Below, in pieces: positions 1 through 8,610 of a DNA stretch of 64,000 bases. The DNA is from Planctomycetota bacterium. Its GTDB lineage: Bacteria; Planctomycetota; Planctomycetia; Pirellulales; PNKZ01. The notes beneath the pieces were generated by a model. The model searched no databases. It was not told where the DNA came from and saw only the letters and a program-made list of their open reading frames with translations. Location of the stretch: positions 1,044 through 65,043 of the forward strand of contig JAFEBQ010000031.1 in assembly GCA_018242585.1 (NCBI GenBank). The letters run 5' to 3'. Each line of letters starts with the position of its first letter. Positions within the stretch are counted from its first letter, which is position 1. The position numbers and the translations under genes were made by a program.

Positions 1-14
1 GTAGGGCGTGATTC

Positions 15-1112
15 TTAGAAGCCCGCCAAACTGCGCTGCGCTTCCATCGCGGCGACCCTAAGTCCATTAACGCCTGCTTTAGCGGCGTCGACAAACTCGG
101 CAACCCTCTCGGTTGACCACCCCTCCATGAATCGGAAGGCCGAACCGATCGCATAATCACGTTCGCAATCAATGGCAATCCAGTGGCGTTTGGCGTCTTC
201 CGCCGCTGCGCCGGTCGTGTTCGAACCGGCAAAAATATCCACGACCATATCGCCTTCATCGGTCAAGAAGTCGATGAAGAACTTAGGCAGTGCTTTCGGA
301 AACCGGGCGGGGTGCGGTTCCAGTCCGAAAGCTTTGCAATTGCGGATATGCAACGAGTTGCTTTCGGTGTTCGAATATTGGAGCAAATTCGAACAGATGG
401 CGCCGCCATTGTCCCGGCCGAACTTGGCGCTGATGTCGTGCCCCGAAGGTCGTCCTTTGGGCTTGTAGAACTTCTCGGGGTCTTCAATCAGCTTTTTCAT
501 TCGATCGCTATATGGCGTCAAGACGTTGCGCACATCGGCCTTTGGATTCTCGGACTTTGAAAGCCACCAGACAGTGTTGACCGAATCTTTTGCCCGAATC
601 TTGCGCTTATTAACCCACTCAATCGGCGAAGGCAACTTCGCAGGGTTGTGCCAAAAGAACTCTTCGGCCAGATGAAAGCCGTGGCCATCGCACAGTCGCA
701 AGAGGACGCGGAAGTTGTAGAGCGATCGAACGGGCTTGCCGCGCTGATATGCGCCGCCCAGGTCAATCACGAATGAGCCTGATTCTTTCAGCACGCGATG
801 TACTTGTGGGCCAAACGAGACGAGCCAATCCACGTAATCGATTTGATTAAGGTTGCCGTACGACTTTTGCCGCAGCAACGCGAATGGCGGTGAGGTCATC
901 ACCAGATCGACGGACGCATCCGGCAAGGACGAAAGGTACTCTTCCGATCGCCCGACAATCATCTGGCCAAGATTGGTTCGATAGAGTTCAACCCATGACA
1001 GAGACACGCGACGAATTCTCCGGCGCTTGACCAGTGCTGCCTGCTTCATATCTGCCACCACCTTACCAGAGAAGTCTATCGCGGTATGTAGACCATCAGA
1101 CACGTAACTCAC
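15..1112 (-). CDS. N4-cytosine-type DNA methyltransferase, PvuII-like (beta-class amino-MTase)
   Basis: 365-aa ORF. TSPPF (motif IV) lies near the N-terminus and DIFAGSNTTGAAAE (motif I) near the C-terminus, which is the beta-class order seen in M.PvuII. GTG start at 1110-1112, TAA stop at 15-17. Divergent from a C-protein gene and a PvuII-like endonuclease gene. Confidence 0.85.
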   Translation of the reverse strand: MSYVSDGLHTAIDFSGKVVADMKQAALVKRRRIRRVSLSWVELYRTNLGQMIVGRSEEYLSSLPDASVDLVMTSPPFALLRQKSYGNLNQIDYVDWLVSFGPQVHRVLKESGSFVIDLGGAYQRGKPVRSLYNFRVLLRLCDGHGFHLAEEFFWHNPAKLPSPIEWVNKRKIRAKDSVNTVWWLSKSENPKADVRNVLTPYSDRMKKLIEDPEKFYKPKGRPSGHDISAKFGRDNGGAICSNLLQYSNTESNSLHIRNCKAFGLEPHPARFPKALPKFFIDFLTDEGDMVVDIFAGSNTTGAAAEDAKRHWIAIDCERDYAIGSAFRFMEGWSTERVAEFVDAAKAGVNGLRVAAMEAQRSLAGF

Positions 1113-1154
1113 AGTCTGTAGAGCTATGAATTACCCCCATTTAGACTGATTGTC
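1106..1154. promoter_or_regulatory. Candidate C-box operator region between the divergent M and C/R genes
   Basis: AACT-CAC-AGTC TGTA GAGC-TAT-GAAT at 1106-1131 and GACT-GAT-TGTC at 1144-1154. These resemble the paired GACT-N3-AGTC inverted tetranucleotides with a TGTA spacer that I recall for C.PvuII-family operators. The matches are imperfect. Confidence 0.35.
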
Positions 1155-1188
1155 AATCCGATCGGGCCGCAGTTGGTGGTAAATCAGC

Positions 1189-1398
1189 GTGAGCAGCCTC
1201 CATACACGATTCGGCGACAATTTGCGCAAGGTGCGAAAGAGCAGAGGCCTTTCGCAAGAGGGCTTGGCTGATAAAGCCGCGCTCCACCGCACTTACATTA
1301 GCAGCGTCGAACGCGGCGAGCGCAACGTCACCCTTGAGACGATCGAGAAGCTTGCCAAGGCATTGGGCGTGCCGATGACAAGACTCATTCCTGACTGA
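1189..1398 (+). CDS. Controller (C) protein, XRE-type helix-turn-helix regulator of the R-M system
   Basis: 69 aa with a GTG start. [39 protein letters not shown] is a typical C-protein/XRE HTH. The gene sits immediately upstream of the endonuclease gene and divergent from the methylase gene, as in PvuII. Confidence 0.8.
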   Translation: MSSLHTRFGDNLRKVRKSRGLSQEGLADKAALHRTYISSVERGERNVTLETIEKLAKALGVPMTRLIPD

Positions 1399-1412
1399 AC
1401 GAGGGCTACGGC

Positions 1413-1925
1413 TTGTCTCCTCGACGGCGCATTCCCGCGTTTAAGCAGCACGCCGATAAGGCCCAACTCGACAAGATTTTTCCGCATTTGCGTCTGCTGC
1501 AGGTGCTCGCCAACAAGCATGGCATACGAGATATCTTCCAAGACAACGGGGGCAAATATCTTCAGTTGGCGCTAGTAACGGGCTTGACGCTATTGCAATC
1601 ACGCGAAGGCAACGACGCGGTTGATGAGACGGGGCGAGAATATGAACTGAAAACGCTCAATGCAGACGTTGTTTCCAGCTTCACGACTCACCACCATCTC
1701 AACCCCGTCATTCTCGCCAAATATCGGCAGGTCGACTGGATCTTTGCGGTCTATCGTGGCATTGAATTGGAGGCGGTGTATTACATGCCGGTTTGAAAGC
1801 TCGAATCGCTGTTCGCTGCTTGGGAAATAAAATGGAATCGTGATCGCAAGGACATTAACAACCCCAAGATTCCGTTGAAGTTTGTGCTAGAACAAGGAAA
1901 GAAGATCTATCCTGCGCAAGAATAG
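1413..1925 (+). pseudogene. PvuII-family type II restriction endonuclease interrupted by an in-frame TGA (1794-1796)
   Basis: The 127-aa ORF (TTG start) contains [32 protein letters not shown] (D...E-x-K core) and [33 protein letters not shown], colinear with R.PvuII as I remember it. After the TGA, the same frame runs 42 more codons ([42 protein letters not shown]) to TAG at 1923-1925 and still matches the R.PvuII C-terminus. Confidence 0.8.
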
Positions 1926-2169
1926 CGATTTCGCAAATCTGGTTGAAGGTATGCTGCGACCCTGTTGTGCGTGCTACCCGCCAAGGTGCATCGATAGTTG
2001 AGTCCCCGGCTTTGGGCGGGTATTCTGCCGGTTTCGGCCGCTGGTCTGCCGGCGGTCGAAACCTTGTCAACCGGTCACTCGTTTCAGTCAGCGTTACACA
2101 CGTCAGTCATCACGCGCCGCGCACGCCGCGCTGGCGGTTCGCGTTCATTGAGCCACGGAGATTTGGTCC

Positions 2170-3048
2170 ATGGGATTGTTCGACGGCAAAAAGGGTTTGA
2201 TTCTCGGCGTCGCTAACGATCGCTCGCTCGCTTGGGCCATCGCCGAATTCGTCATGCAGCAAGGAGCCGTCTGCGGCTTCTCGCACTTGCCCGACCGGCC
2301 AGACGACGAGAAGAAAAAGAATCGTCTCCGGGTTTCAAAGTGTACCGACAAGTACCCGCAGAACGCCAAGATTCTCGGGCCGATGGACGTGCAGCGCGAC
2401 GACGACATCAAGGCGATCATGACCGCCGCCGCCGCCGAGTACGGCAAGATCGACTTTTTGGTCCACGCCATCGCTTATGCCAAGCTCGACGATCTGAAGG
2501 TCGACACCGTGCAAACTAGCCGCGATGGTTTCAACCTGGCCATGGAGATCAGCGCCTACAGCCTGATTGCCGTCGCGAACGCCGCGCGCGTGGCGGGGAT
2601 CCTCAAGGAAGATCCTTACGACCGCGCTAGCAAGTCGGGTGGCAAGAACGGCACCTCGATCCTCACGCTGACTTACTTTGGTGGCGAGAAGGCGGTGCCG
2701 GGCTACAACGTAATGGGCGTTTGCAAAGCCGCGCTCGATTCGATCGTCAAGTACCTGGCCTACGATCTGGGCCCGCAAGGCGTGCGCGTCAACGCGGTCA
2801 GCGCCGGCCCAGTCCGCACGTTGGCCGGCAGCGCGGCCGGCGTGGACGATATGCAGAAGCTGTACGAGCTGATGGCGCCGATCGGCCGCAACATCGACCA
2901 CGAAGAAGTCGGCAAGACCGGCGGGTTCCTGTTGTCGGACCTGTCGGCCGGCATCACCGGCGAGATTCTGCACCTCGACGGCGGCTACAACATCATGGGT
3001 TCGCCCGGCCGGCTGCTCGACGCGGCCAAGCCCGGGGCTCCGGCTTAG
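2170..3048 (+). CDS. fabI: Enoyl-[acyl-carrier-protein] reductase (NADH)
   Basis: 292 aa. The N-terminal GKKGLILGVANDRSLAWAIA and the SDR-type body with a YNVMGVCKAALDS (Y-x6-K) region are typical of FabI. Confidence 0.9.
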   Translation: MGLFDGKKGLILGVANDRSLAWAIAEFVMQQGAVCGFSHLPDRPDDEKKKNRLRVSKCTDKYPQNAKILGPMDVQRDDDIKAIMTAAAAEYGKIDFLVHAIAYAKLDDLKVDTVQTSRDGFNLAMEISAYSLIAVANAARVAGILKEDPYDRASKSGGKNGTSILTLTYFGGEKAVPGYNVMGVCKAALDSIVKYLAYDLGPQGVRVNAVSAGPVRTLAGSAAGVDDMQKLYELMAPIGRNIDHEEVGKTGGFLLSDLSAGITGEILHLDGGYNIMGSPGRLLDAAKPGAPA

Positions 3049-3053
3049 GTTTA

Positions 3054-3260
3054 TTCACCACGGAGGCACAGAGGAATCGCAGAGGGGAAGTTGAACCGCA
3101 AAGACGCAAAGGGCGCGAAGAAGACAAAAGAGATTTTGAATCGCAGAGGACGCTGCGCGTCGCGGAGAAAAGAAGTCAAAATCCCACTCCGCGTTCCCTG
3201 CGCTCTCTGCGATTAAGTCTGCTGCTTTTCCTTTGCGATCTTTGCGTCTTTGCGGTTCAA
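3054..3260. repeat. Composite intergenic palindromic repeat (CACGGAG / GCAGAG / GCAAAG word family)
   Basis: It starts TTCACCACGGAGGCACAGAGG. The arm GTTGAACCGCAAAGACGCAAAG (about 3090) is mirrored by CTTTGCGTCTTTGCGGTTCAA (about 3240). It lies between the convergent genes fabI and ribF. Related copies are at 20278, 21734, 49974, 53605 and 55595. Confidence 0.7.
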
Positions 3261-3320
3261 AATTCTTCGCCATTTCCGACGTCGTGTCCGTCGTGCCGTC
3301 GTGGTCGAATTCATTGCATT

Positions 3321-4244
3321 CTATTTCTCCGCAATGCGCTTCGCCGTCGCTACATCCGCGGCGAGTTGCGCCTTTAGCTCTTCCACATTCTTGAACGAGC
3401 GGACGTCGCGCAGGCGTGCCAGGAAGTCGACCTCGAGTGGTTGCCCGTACAGCGGATCGCTCCAGCCGATCAGGTGGACCTCGACCTTCAACGCCTTTTC
3501 GCCGAACGTCGGGTTCGGGCCAATGTTGATCGCCGCTGGCCACGGCTCGCGATTCACGTAACCGATGCCGGCATACACGCCCGGCCCGGGCAGCAGCGTA
3601 TCGATCGCCTCGAGGTTGGCCGTGCCAAAGCCGAGCTTCGTGCCGCGCCCCGCGCCGTGGGTGACCATGCCGCGGATGCGATAGGGATGGGTCAGCATCT
3701 GCCGGGCTTCGTCCAACTGGCCCGCGGCGATCAAGCTGCGAACGACCGAACTGGACACCATTCGCCCATCGAGCACCAGCGGCGGCACCACTTCCAGGAT
3801 CATGCCTCGCTCGCTGGTCCATTGCGCCAACAAGTCGACCGTGCCGCGGCGATCGTGCCCGAAGTAGAAGTTCGGCCCCTCGACCAGCGCCTTGGCCCCC
3901 AGACGGCGACAGATCACGTCGTCGAAGAATTGCCGAGCTTCGAGCGCCAACAGCGCCTCGTCGGTCGGGTAGGCGATCATCGCGTCGACGCCCAGCTCGA
4001 CCAGCAGTTCGGCCTTGCGATCGGTCCAGGTGAGCGGCGGCGGCGCATGTTCGGGGCGTAACAGCCGAACCGGATGCGGATCGAACGTAAACACCACGGC
4101 CGGGCCGCCGGCGCGATGGGCGTGGGCCACCAGCCGCTCGATCAGCGCCGCGTGGCCGCGGTGAACGCCGTCGAAGTTGCCAATGCTGACAGCGCCGCCG
4201 CGTAGCCGATCGGGCAGGACGTCAAAAGCGCGAATCAGTTCCAC
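3321..4244 (-). CDS. ribF: Bifunctional riboflavin kinase / FMN adenylyltransferase
   Basis: 307 aa. The N-terminal SIGNFDGVHRGHAALIERL adenylyltransferase motif and the C-terminal riboflavin kinase region (GPNPTFGE...VEVHLI) are present. Confidence 0.9.
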   Translation of the reverse strand: MELIRAFDVLPDRLRGGAVSIGNFDGVHRGHAALIERLVAHAHRAGGPAVVFTFDPHPVRLLRPEHAPPPLTWTDRKAELLVELGVDAMIAYPTDEALLALEARQFFDDVICRRLGAKALVEGPNFYFGHDRRGTVDLLAQWTSERGMILEVVPPLVLDGRMVSSSVVRSLIAAGQLDEARQMLTHPYRIRGMVTHGAGRGTKLGFGTANLEAIDTLLPGPGVYAGIGYVNREPWPAAINIGPNPTFGEKALKVEVHLIGWSDPLYGQPLEVDFLARLRDVRSFKNVEELKAQLAADVATAKRIAEK

Positions 4245-4506
4245 GGTGTTTTCGTTCGCCCGGGCTGCGCCGGGCCAAGGTTCGCGGCCGCAAAAAGTCG
4301 TTACGCTGACGCCGGTTTTAGCATACCACCGGCTGGCGCGGAACTAACGACACGGGGCCGAGTTTTGTGCTATTCTAGGAGGGCCTCAAGCGCGCCAAAC
4401 ATTCTGGCCTGGCAACGAATGAAAGCCGACGGTTTCGGCCGACGGTTTGCCGAGCGAGGGACGTGGCCGCGGCGCGCGTACTTGCCACCCTAGGTTGCGC
4501 TGGTCG

Positions 4507-6090
4507 ATGGAAGACAAGCAGATATTCCTCTCGCCCGAGCTGAGCCATCGCCTGGCCGCGATCGATATTGGCACCAACAGCATCCGGCTGGTCATTGCCG
4601 AGGCGCTGCGTGGCGGCACCTACCGGATTCTGGACGAAGAAAAGACCACCAGCCGGCTGGGTCGTCAACTGGCCGAGACCAATCGCCTGGACCCGCAAGC
4701 GGTCGAACAATCGATCGAAGCCCTGCGGCGAATGAAGCAGATCGTGGCGGGCTTTCAGGTCGGCGACTTCCGCTGCATTGCCACTTGTGCGGTGCGCGAG
4801 GCGATTGACGGGCCCGAGTTTGTCGGCCGGGCCAAGAATGAACTCGACCTGGACATCGAAGTCATCAGCGGCGAGAAGGAAGCTCGGCTCGCGTTCCTGA
4901 GCGTGGCCCGCAGCTTCCCGCTGGAAGGCAAGCCCATCGCGGTGGCCGACATTGGGGGCGGCAGCACCGAGTTGATCCTGGCGTCGGGCTCGGCGATTGA
5001 AAGCTTGTGTACCACGCCACTGGGCGCGGTGCGGATGGCCGAGCGCTATGGCGCGGCCCAGGCGATGTCGCACGACCAGTTCGAAAAGATGGTCGAAGGG
5101 ATCGACCGCGAGCTTCGCAAGCACACCAAGAAGGTGCTGCTCGAACCGCACCAACTGATCGGCTCGGGCGGCACATTCACAGCGCTGGCCGACATGGTCA
5201 TGGCGTCCAAGGGGCAGCTTGGTCTGCCGCTGCGTGGCGCCGAAGTGACTCGGGCCGAGGTGCGGCACCTGCTCGATCGCCTGCGCAAGATTCCAGCCGA
5301 GGCGCGGCGCAGCATTCCGGGCCTGAGCCCCGATCGGGCCGACATCATCGTCTCGGGCATCACGATCATCGACCGGATCATGCACCGCTTTGACTTGAAT
5401 CGCGTGGTGATCCACGACCGGGGCGTGCGCGACGGGCTGCTGCTGACGATGATCGATCAGTCGCTGGGCTCAGCCCCCAACGGCCAGGCCGAGCGCGACG
5501 TGGCGATCGAGCAATTCGCCGTCAACTGCGGCGTCGAGATGACCCACGCCCGGCATGTGGCGTTTCTGGCCGGACAGGTTTTCGATCAACTGGCCGAGCG
5601 CAAGCTGCTCGACCCGGCCGATCGCCCGCTGTTGATGGCGGCGGTGCGGCTGCAAGATGTCGGTTACTTGATCAATTACGAGAAGCACCACAAGCACAGC
5701 TATTATCTGATTCTCAACAGCCGCCTGCCGGGCTTTCAGCCGCAAGAACTCGAACTGGTGGCGAACATCGCCCGCTACCATCGCGGCTCGGAACCCAAGA
5801 AGAAGCACGCCAACTACTCGGTCCTGACGTCGCGCGATCAGCAGCGCGTGCGGCGGTTGTCGTCGATTCTGCGCCTGGCCGGTGGCCTGGACCGGGCCAA
5901 CATGCAGCAAGTGCGCGGCGTGGCCCTCGAGACCGAAGGACGCCACTGGAAGCTGCACGTTGTGGCTGATCGCTTGCCCGAGGTCGATCTCTGGGCCGCG
6001 CGACGTCGCGCTGCCCCGCTAGAACGGGCGTTCGACGTGAAGCTGGACATCGAATGGCGCGAGACCGCGGCCGCCAGCGCCGCGTCGTAA
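4507..6090 (+). CDS. Ppx/GppA-family phosphatase (exopolyphosphatase-like)
   Basis: LAAIDIGTNSIRLVIAE and DIGGGSTELIL are ASKHA-fold motifs. A C-terminal HD-like region is also present. I chose the ATG at 4507; the ORF track begins at a TTG at 4447. Confidence 0.85.
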   Translation: MEDKQIFLSPELSHRLAAIDIGTNSIRLVIAEALRGGTYRILDEEKTTSRLGRQLAETNRLDPQAVEQSIEALRRMKQIVAGFQVGDFRCIATCAVREAIDGPEFVGRAKNELDLDIEVISGEKEARLAFLSVARSFPLEGKPIAVADIGGGSTELILASGSAIESLCTTPLGAVRMAERYGAAQAMSHDQFEKMVEGIDRELRKHTKKVLLEPHQLIGSGGTFTALADMVMASKGQLGLPLRGAEVTRAEVRHLLDRLRKIPAEARRSIPGLSPDRADIIVSGITIIDRIMHRFDLNRVVIHDRGVRDGLLLTMIDQSLGSAPNGQAERDVAIEQFAVNCGVEMTHARHVAFLAGQVFDQLAERKLLDPADRPLLMAAVRLQDVGYLINYEKHHKHSYYLILNSRLPGFQPQELELVANIARYHRGSEPKKKHANYSVLTSRDQQRVRRLSSILRLAGGLDRANMQQVRGVALETEGRHWKLHVVADRLPEVDLWAARRRAAPLERAFDVKLDIEWRETAAASAAS

Positions 6091-6239
6091 TCGCGTAGCC
6101 TTATTGAGCTGCGCATCTATCGGGTGGCCCAGCCGCTTGCCGGCTGGGTCGCGCAGCGACAAGAAGGACGCGCGACGCCACCGGTTCTTCTCGTTGCTTC
6201 GCAACCCGGCCGTCGAGCGGCCGGGCCACCCAGCACTCA

Positions 6240-7112
6240 TCACGCGCGAGCAATGGCCGTGTGCAAGTAACGTACTACATCGCCAGCGGTCAGTGACACT
6301 TGTCCGAGCGCCGCGGCCGCCGCGTCGCCAGCCAAGCCGTGCAGGTGAACCGCCAGCCGCGCCGCATCGATCGGTGCCAGATGCTGCCCAACCAGCGCCG
6401 CGATCAACCCCGTCAGCACGTCCCCGGCGCCGCCGGTCGCCATGCCCGGATTGCCCGTCGTGTTGTGCGCGCTGCGCGTGCCGTCGGTCACGAGGGTGTG
6501 ATGCCCCTTGAGGACGATCACCACGCCCCACTGGCCGGCCAACTGCTGTGCCGCCGCCTCGTGTTCGGCGCGTGAGTTCATGGCACTCGACAGTTTGTGC
6601 CCAACCGCACCAGCCAGACGTTGAAACTCGCCGGGGTGTGGCGTGAGAATCCGCGGGCCACCGGCGCGATTCAACAACTCGGGCTGCCGCGCCAGGGCAT
6701 TCAACCCGTCGGCATCGACGACGATCGGCTGCGTCCAAGTGGTGAACAACTCGGCCACCACGCGATCGACGCCCACTGAACGACCTAGCCCGGGCCCCAC
6801 GGCCACCACGTCGGGCCAGTCGCGAAGCGCTTCCAGTTCGGCGATCGCCGCCTCAGCCAGGCGTCCATCGTTGTCGGCGGTCAGGCCAACCGTCATGTAC
6901 GCCGGCTCGAACCCGGCCACGACCGGCTGACACTCGCGCGGCGTGGCGACTTGCACCAGCCCCGCTCCGCCGCGCAGCATCGCCATGCCCGCCAGGGCCG
7001 GCGCGCCGTACATGCCGCGCGAGCCGCCGACGATCAGCACGCGACCGTAGTCCCCTTTGTGACTGTCGGCGGCGCGCGGGGGCAAGTGGGCCAGCGGCCA
7101 GGTGTCGGTCAT
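6240..7112 (-). CDS. nnrD: ADP-dependent NAD(P)H-hydrate dehydratase (YjeF C-terminal family)
   Basis: HKGDYGRVLIVGGSRGMYGAPALAGMAMLRGGAGLV and GGAGDVLTG are motifs of the carbohydrate-kinase-like YjeF_C family. I chose the ATG at 7110-7112 (MTDTWPL). The upstream part of the ORF is Arg/Gly-rich and overlaps the end of mgtE. Confidence 0.8.
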   Translation of the reverse strand: MTDTWPLAHLPPRAADSHKGDYGRVLIVGGSRGMYGAPALAGMAMLRGGAGLVQVATPRECQPVVAGFEPAYMTVGLTADNDGRLAEAAIAELEALRDWPDVVAVGPGLGRSVGVDRVVAELFTTWTQPIVVDADGLNALARQPELLNRAGGPRILTPHPGEFQRLAGAVGHKLSSAMNSRAEHEAAAQQLAGQWGVVIVLKGHHTLVTDGTRSAHNTTGNPGMATGGAGDVLTGLIAALVGQHLAPIDAARLAVHLHGLAGDAAAAALGQVSLTAGDVVRYLHTAIARA

Positions 7113-7126
7113 CACGTCGTGCCCCC

Positions 7127-8509
7127 TTACATCGGGATGAACAGGCCGGCGATGGCAAAGTAGGTGACGATGCCCGTCGCGTCGACCAGGCTGGCGACTA
7201 CCGGATTGCTCATCAACGCCGGGTCGAAGCCCAATCGCTTGAGCAGCAGTGGCAACAGCGCCCCGACCAGATTGCCCAGCACCACGACCACCGCCACGCC
7301 AATGGCCACGATCTTGGCGATCAACAACACGCCGATCTCCTCCCCCGTCGGGCCGCGAAAGGCGTTCTCGGGCGTCAGCCAGACGCGGGCAAAGCCGACC
7401 AGGCTGAGCGCGCAACCGAGCGACAGGCCCATCAGCACTTCATGCCACAAGACCCGGAACCAGGCCGCCGGGGTTAACTCGCCCAGGGCGAGCGCACGGG
7501 TAATCAGCGTGGTCGATTGCGAGCCGCAATTGCCGCCGGCCGAGAGGATGAGCTGCATGAACAGCACCAGCGGCGGCACCTTCTTGAAGAAGTCCTCGAA
7601 GTAGGTCAGGGCTGAGGTGGTCAGGAAGCCGCCGAGAAACAGAATCGTCAACCAAAAAGCTCTTTTGCTCCACAGCTCGAAGAACGACGACGCCAGGTAG
7701 CCTTCTGCCAACGGCGTCATACCACCCAGGCGCTGCACGTCCTCGGTCGCCTCGTCAACGATCACGTCCAGCACGTCGTCGTGCGTGACAATGCCCACGA
7801 TCCGGTCGTCGGCGTCGATGATCGGCAAGGCGATCAAGTCGTACTCGCCCAGCTTGTGGGCGATCTGCTCGCGGTCCTCGTCGACGCGGCCATAGACCAC
7901 GTCGCGCTGCATCACATCGGCCACGCGCCGCGCCGGTGGCGCCAAGATCAAGTCCTTGAGCGATACGAACCCGATCAGCCGCCGCTGCTCGTCGATGACG
8001 TAGCAGTAGTAGATCGTCTCGCGGTCGGGGGCTTCGTGGCGCAGCTTGTCAATCGCCGCGGCCGCGCTCAGGTCGGGGGACAGCGTCGCATAGTCGCTGG
8101 TCATCACCGCGCCGGCGGTCCCCTCGTCCTGGTCGGTGAGCAAGCGAATGTCTTCGCGCTCGGCCCGGGCCAACAGCGGCATGATCTGCTCGACGCGCTC
8201 GGGCGGCAGTCGCTCGACCAGGTCGGCCCGCTCGTCGTGCGACATATTCGTGATCAGCTTGGCCAGCGAGCCGCGCTCCATCAGCGCGGCCACGCCATCT
8301 TGCAGCGGCGGGTCCAGATACGAAAAGATCGCCGCCTGGGCCCGATCGTCCAGCAAGTTCAGGACGTACAGCGTCTCGTTCGGCTCCAAGTCATCAAGCA
8401 ACTCGGCCGCTTCGGCCGGGTGATGCGGCGAAAAGAATTCGCGCAACGAGTCCGCGTCGCACTCTTGCACGAGCTCGCGCAAATCGGGAGCCAACAGCGG
8501 GTGACGCAT
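7127..8509 (-). CDS. mgtE: Magnesium transporter MgtE
   Basis: It has an MgtE N-domain, tandem CBS domains (VMTSDYATL..., VMQRDVVYG...) and a C-terminal five-TM channel domain. I chose the ATG at 8507-8509 (MRHPLLAPDL). Confidence 0.9.
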   Translation of the reverse strand: MRHPLLAPDLRELVQECDADSLREFFSPHHPAEAAELLDDLEPNETLYVLNLLDDRAQAAIFSYLDPPLQDGVAALMERGSLAKLITNMSHDERADLVERLPPERVEQIMPLLARAEREDIRLLTDQDEGTAGAVMTSDYATLSPDLSAAAAIDKLRHEAPDRETIYYCYVIDEQRRLIGFVSLKDLILAPPARRVADVMQRDVVYGRVDEDREQIAHKLGEYDLIALPIIDADDRIVGIVTHDDVLDVIVDEATEDVQRLGGMTPLAEGYLASSFFELWSKRAFWLTILFLGGFLTTSALTYFEDFFKKVPPLVLFMQLILSAGGNCGSQSTTLITRALALGELTPAAWFRVLWHEVLMGLSLGCALSLVGFARVWLTPENAFRGPTGEEIGVLLIAKIVAIGVAVVVVLGNLVGALLPLLLKRLGFDPALMSNPVVASLVDATGIVTYFAIAGLFIPM

Positions 8510-8610
8510 CTGCGAAGCTTCGGAACGGGGAACGACGAGAAGAAAACGACGAGCGCGCAATCCCACGGTCGGGCGCGAACCCCTAGGGCCGATCGCGCGC
8601 GGCGGCAAGA

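Noticed and set aside
1794-1796. The TGA in the PvuII-like endonuclease gene as a selenocysteine or programmed recoding site.
   Set aside because: The aligned position in PvuII-family enzymes is an ordinary, non-catalytic residue as far as I recall. I see no obvious SECIS-like hairpin immediately downstream. A nonsense mutation or a sequencing error is the simpler explanation.
3055-3822. A 255-aa minus-strand ORF, and the 218-aa plus-strand ORF at 2721-3377, spanning the fabI-ribF gap.
   Set aside because: They run through the composite palindromic repeat and overlap fabI or ribF out of frame. The repeat words translate into the characteristic spurious peptides (TEAQRNRRGE, CVFAVQ).
6019-6738. 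The ORFs at 6019-6738(-) and 6104-6511(+), and the long N-terminal extensions of the nnrD-like (to 7415) and mgtE (to 8683) ORFs.
   Set aside because: The extensions are Arg/Gly/Pro-rich, overlap neighbouring genes and precede internal ATGs at which the recognisable domains begin. I chose the shorter gene models.
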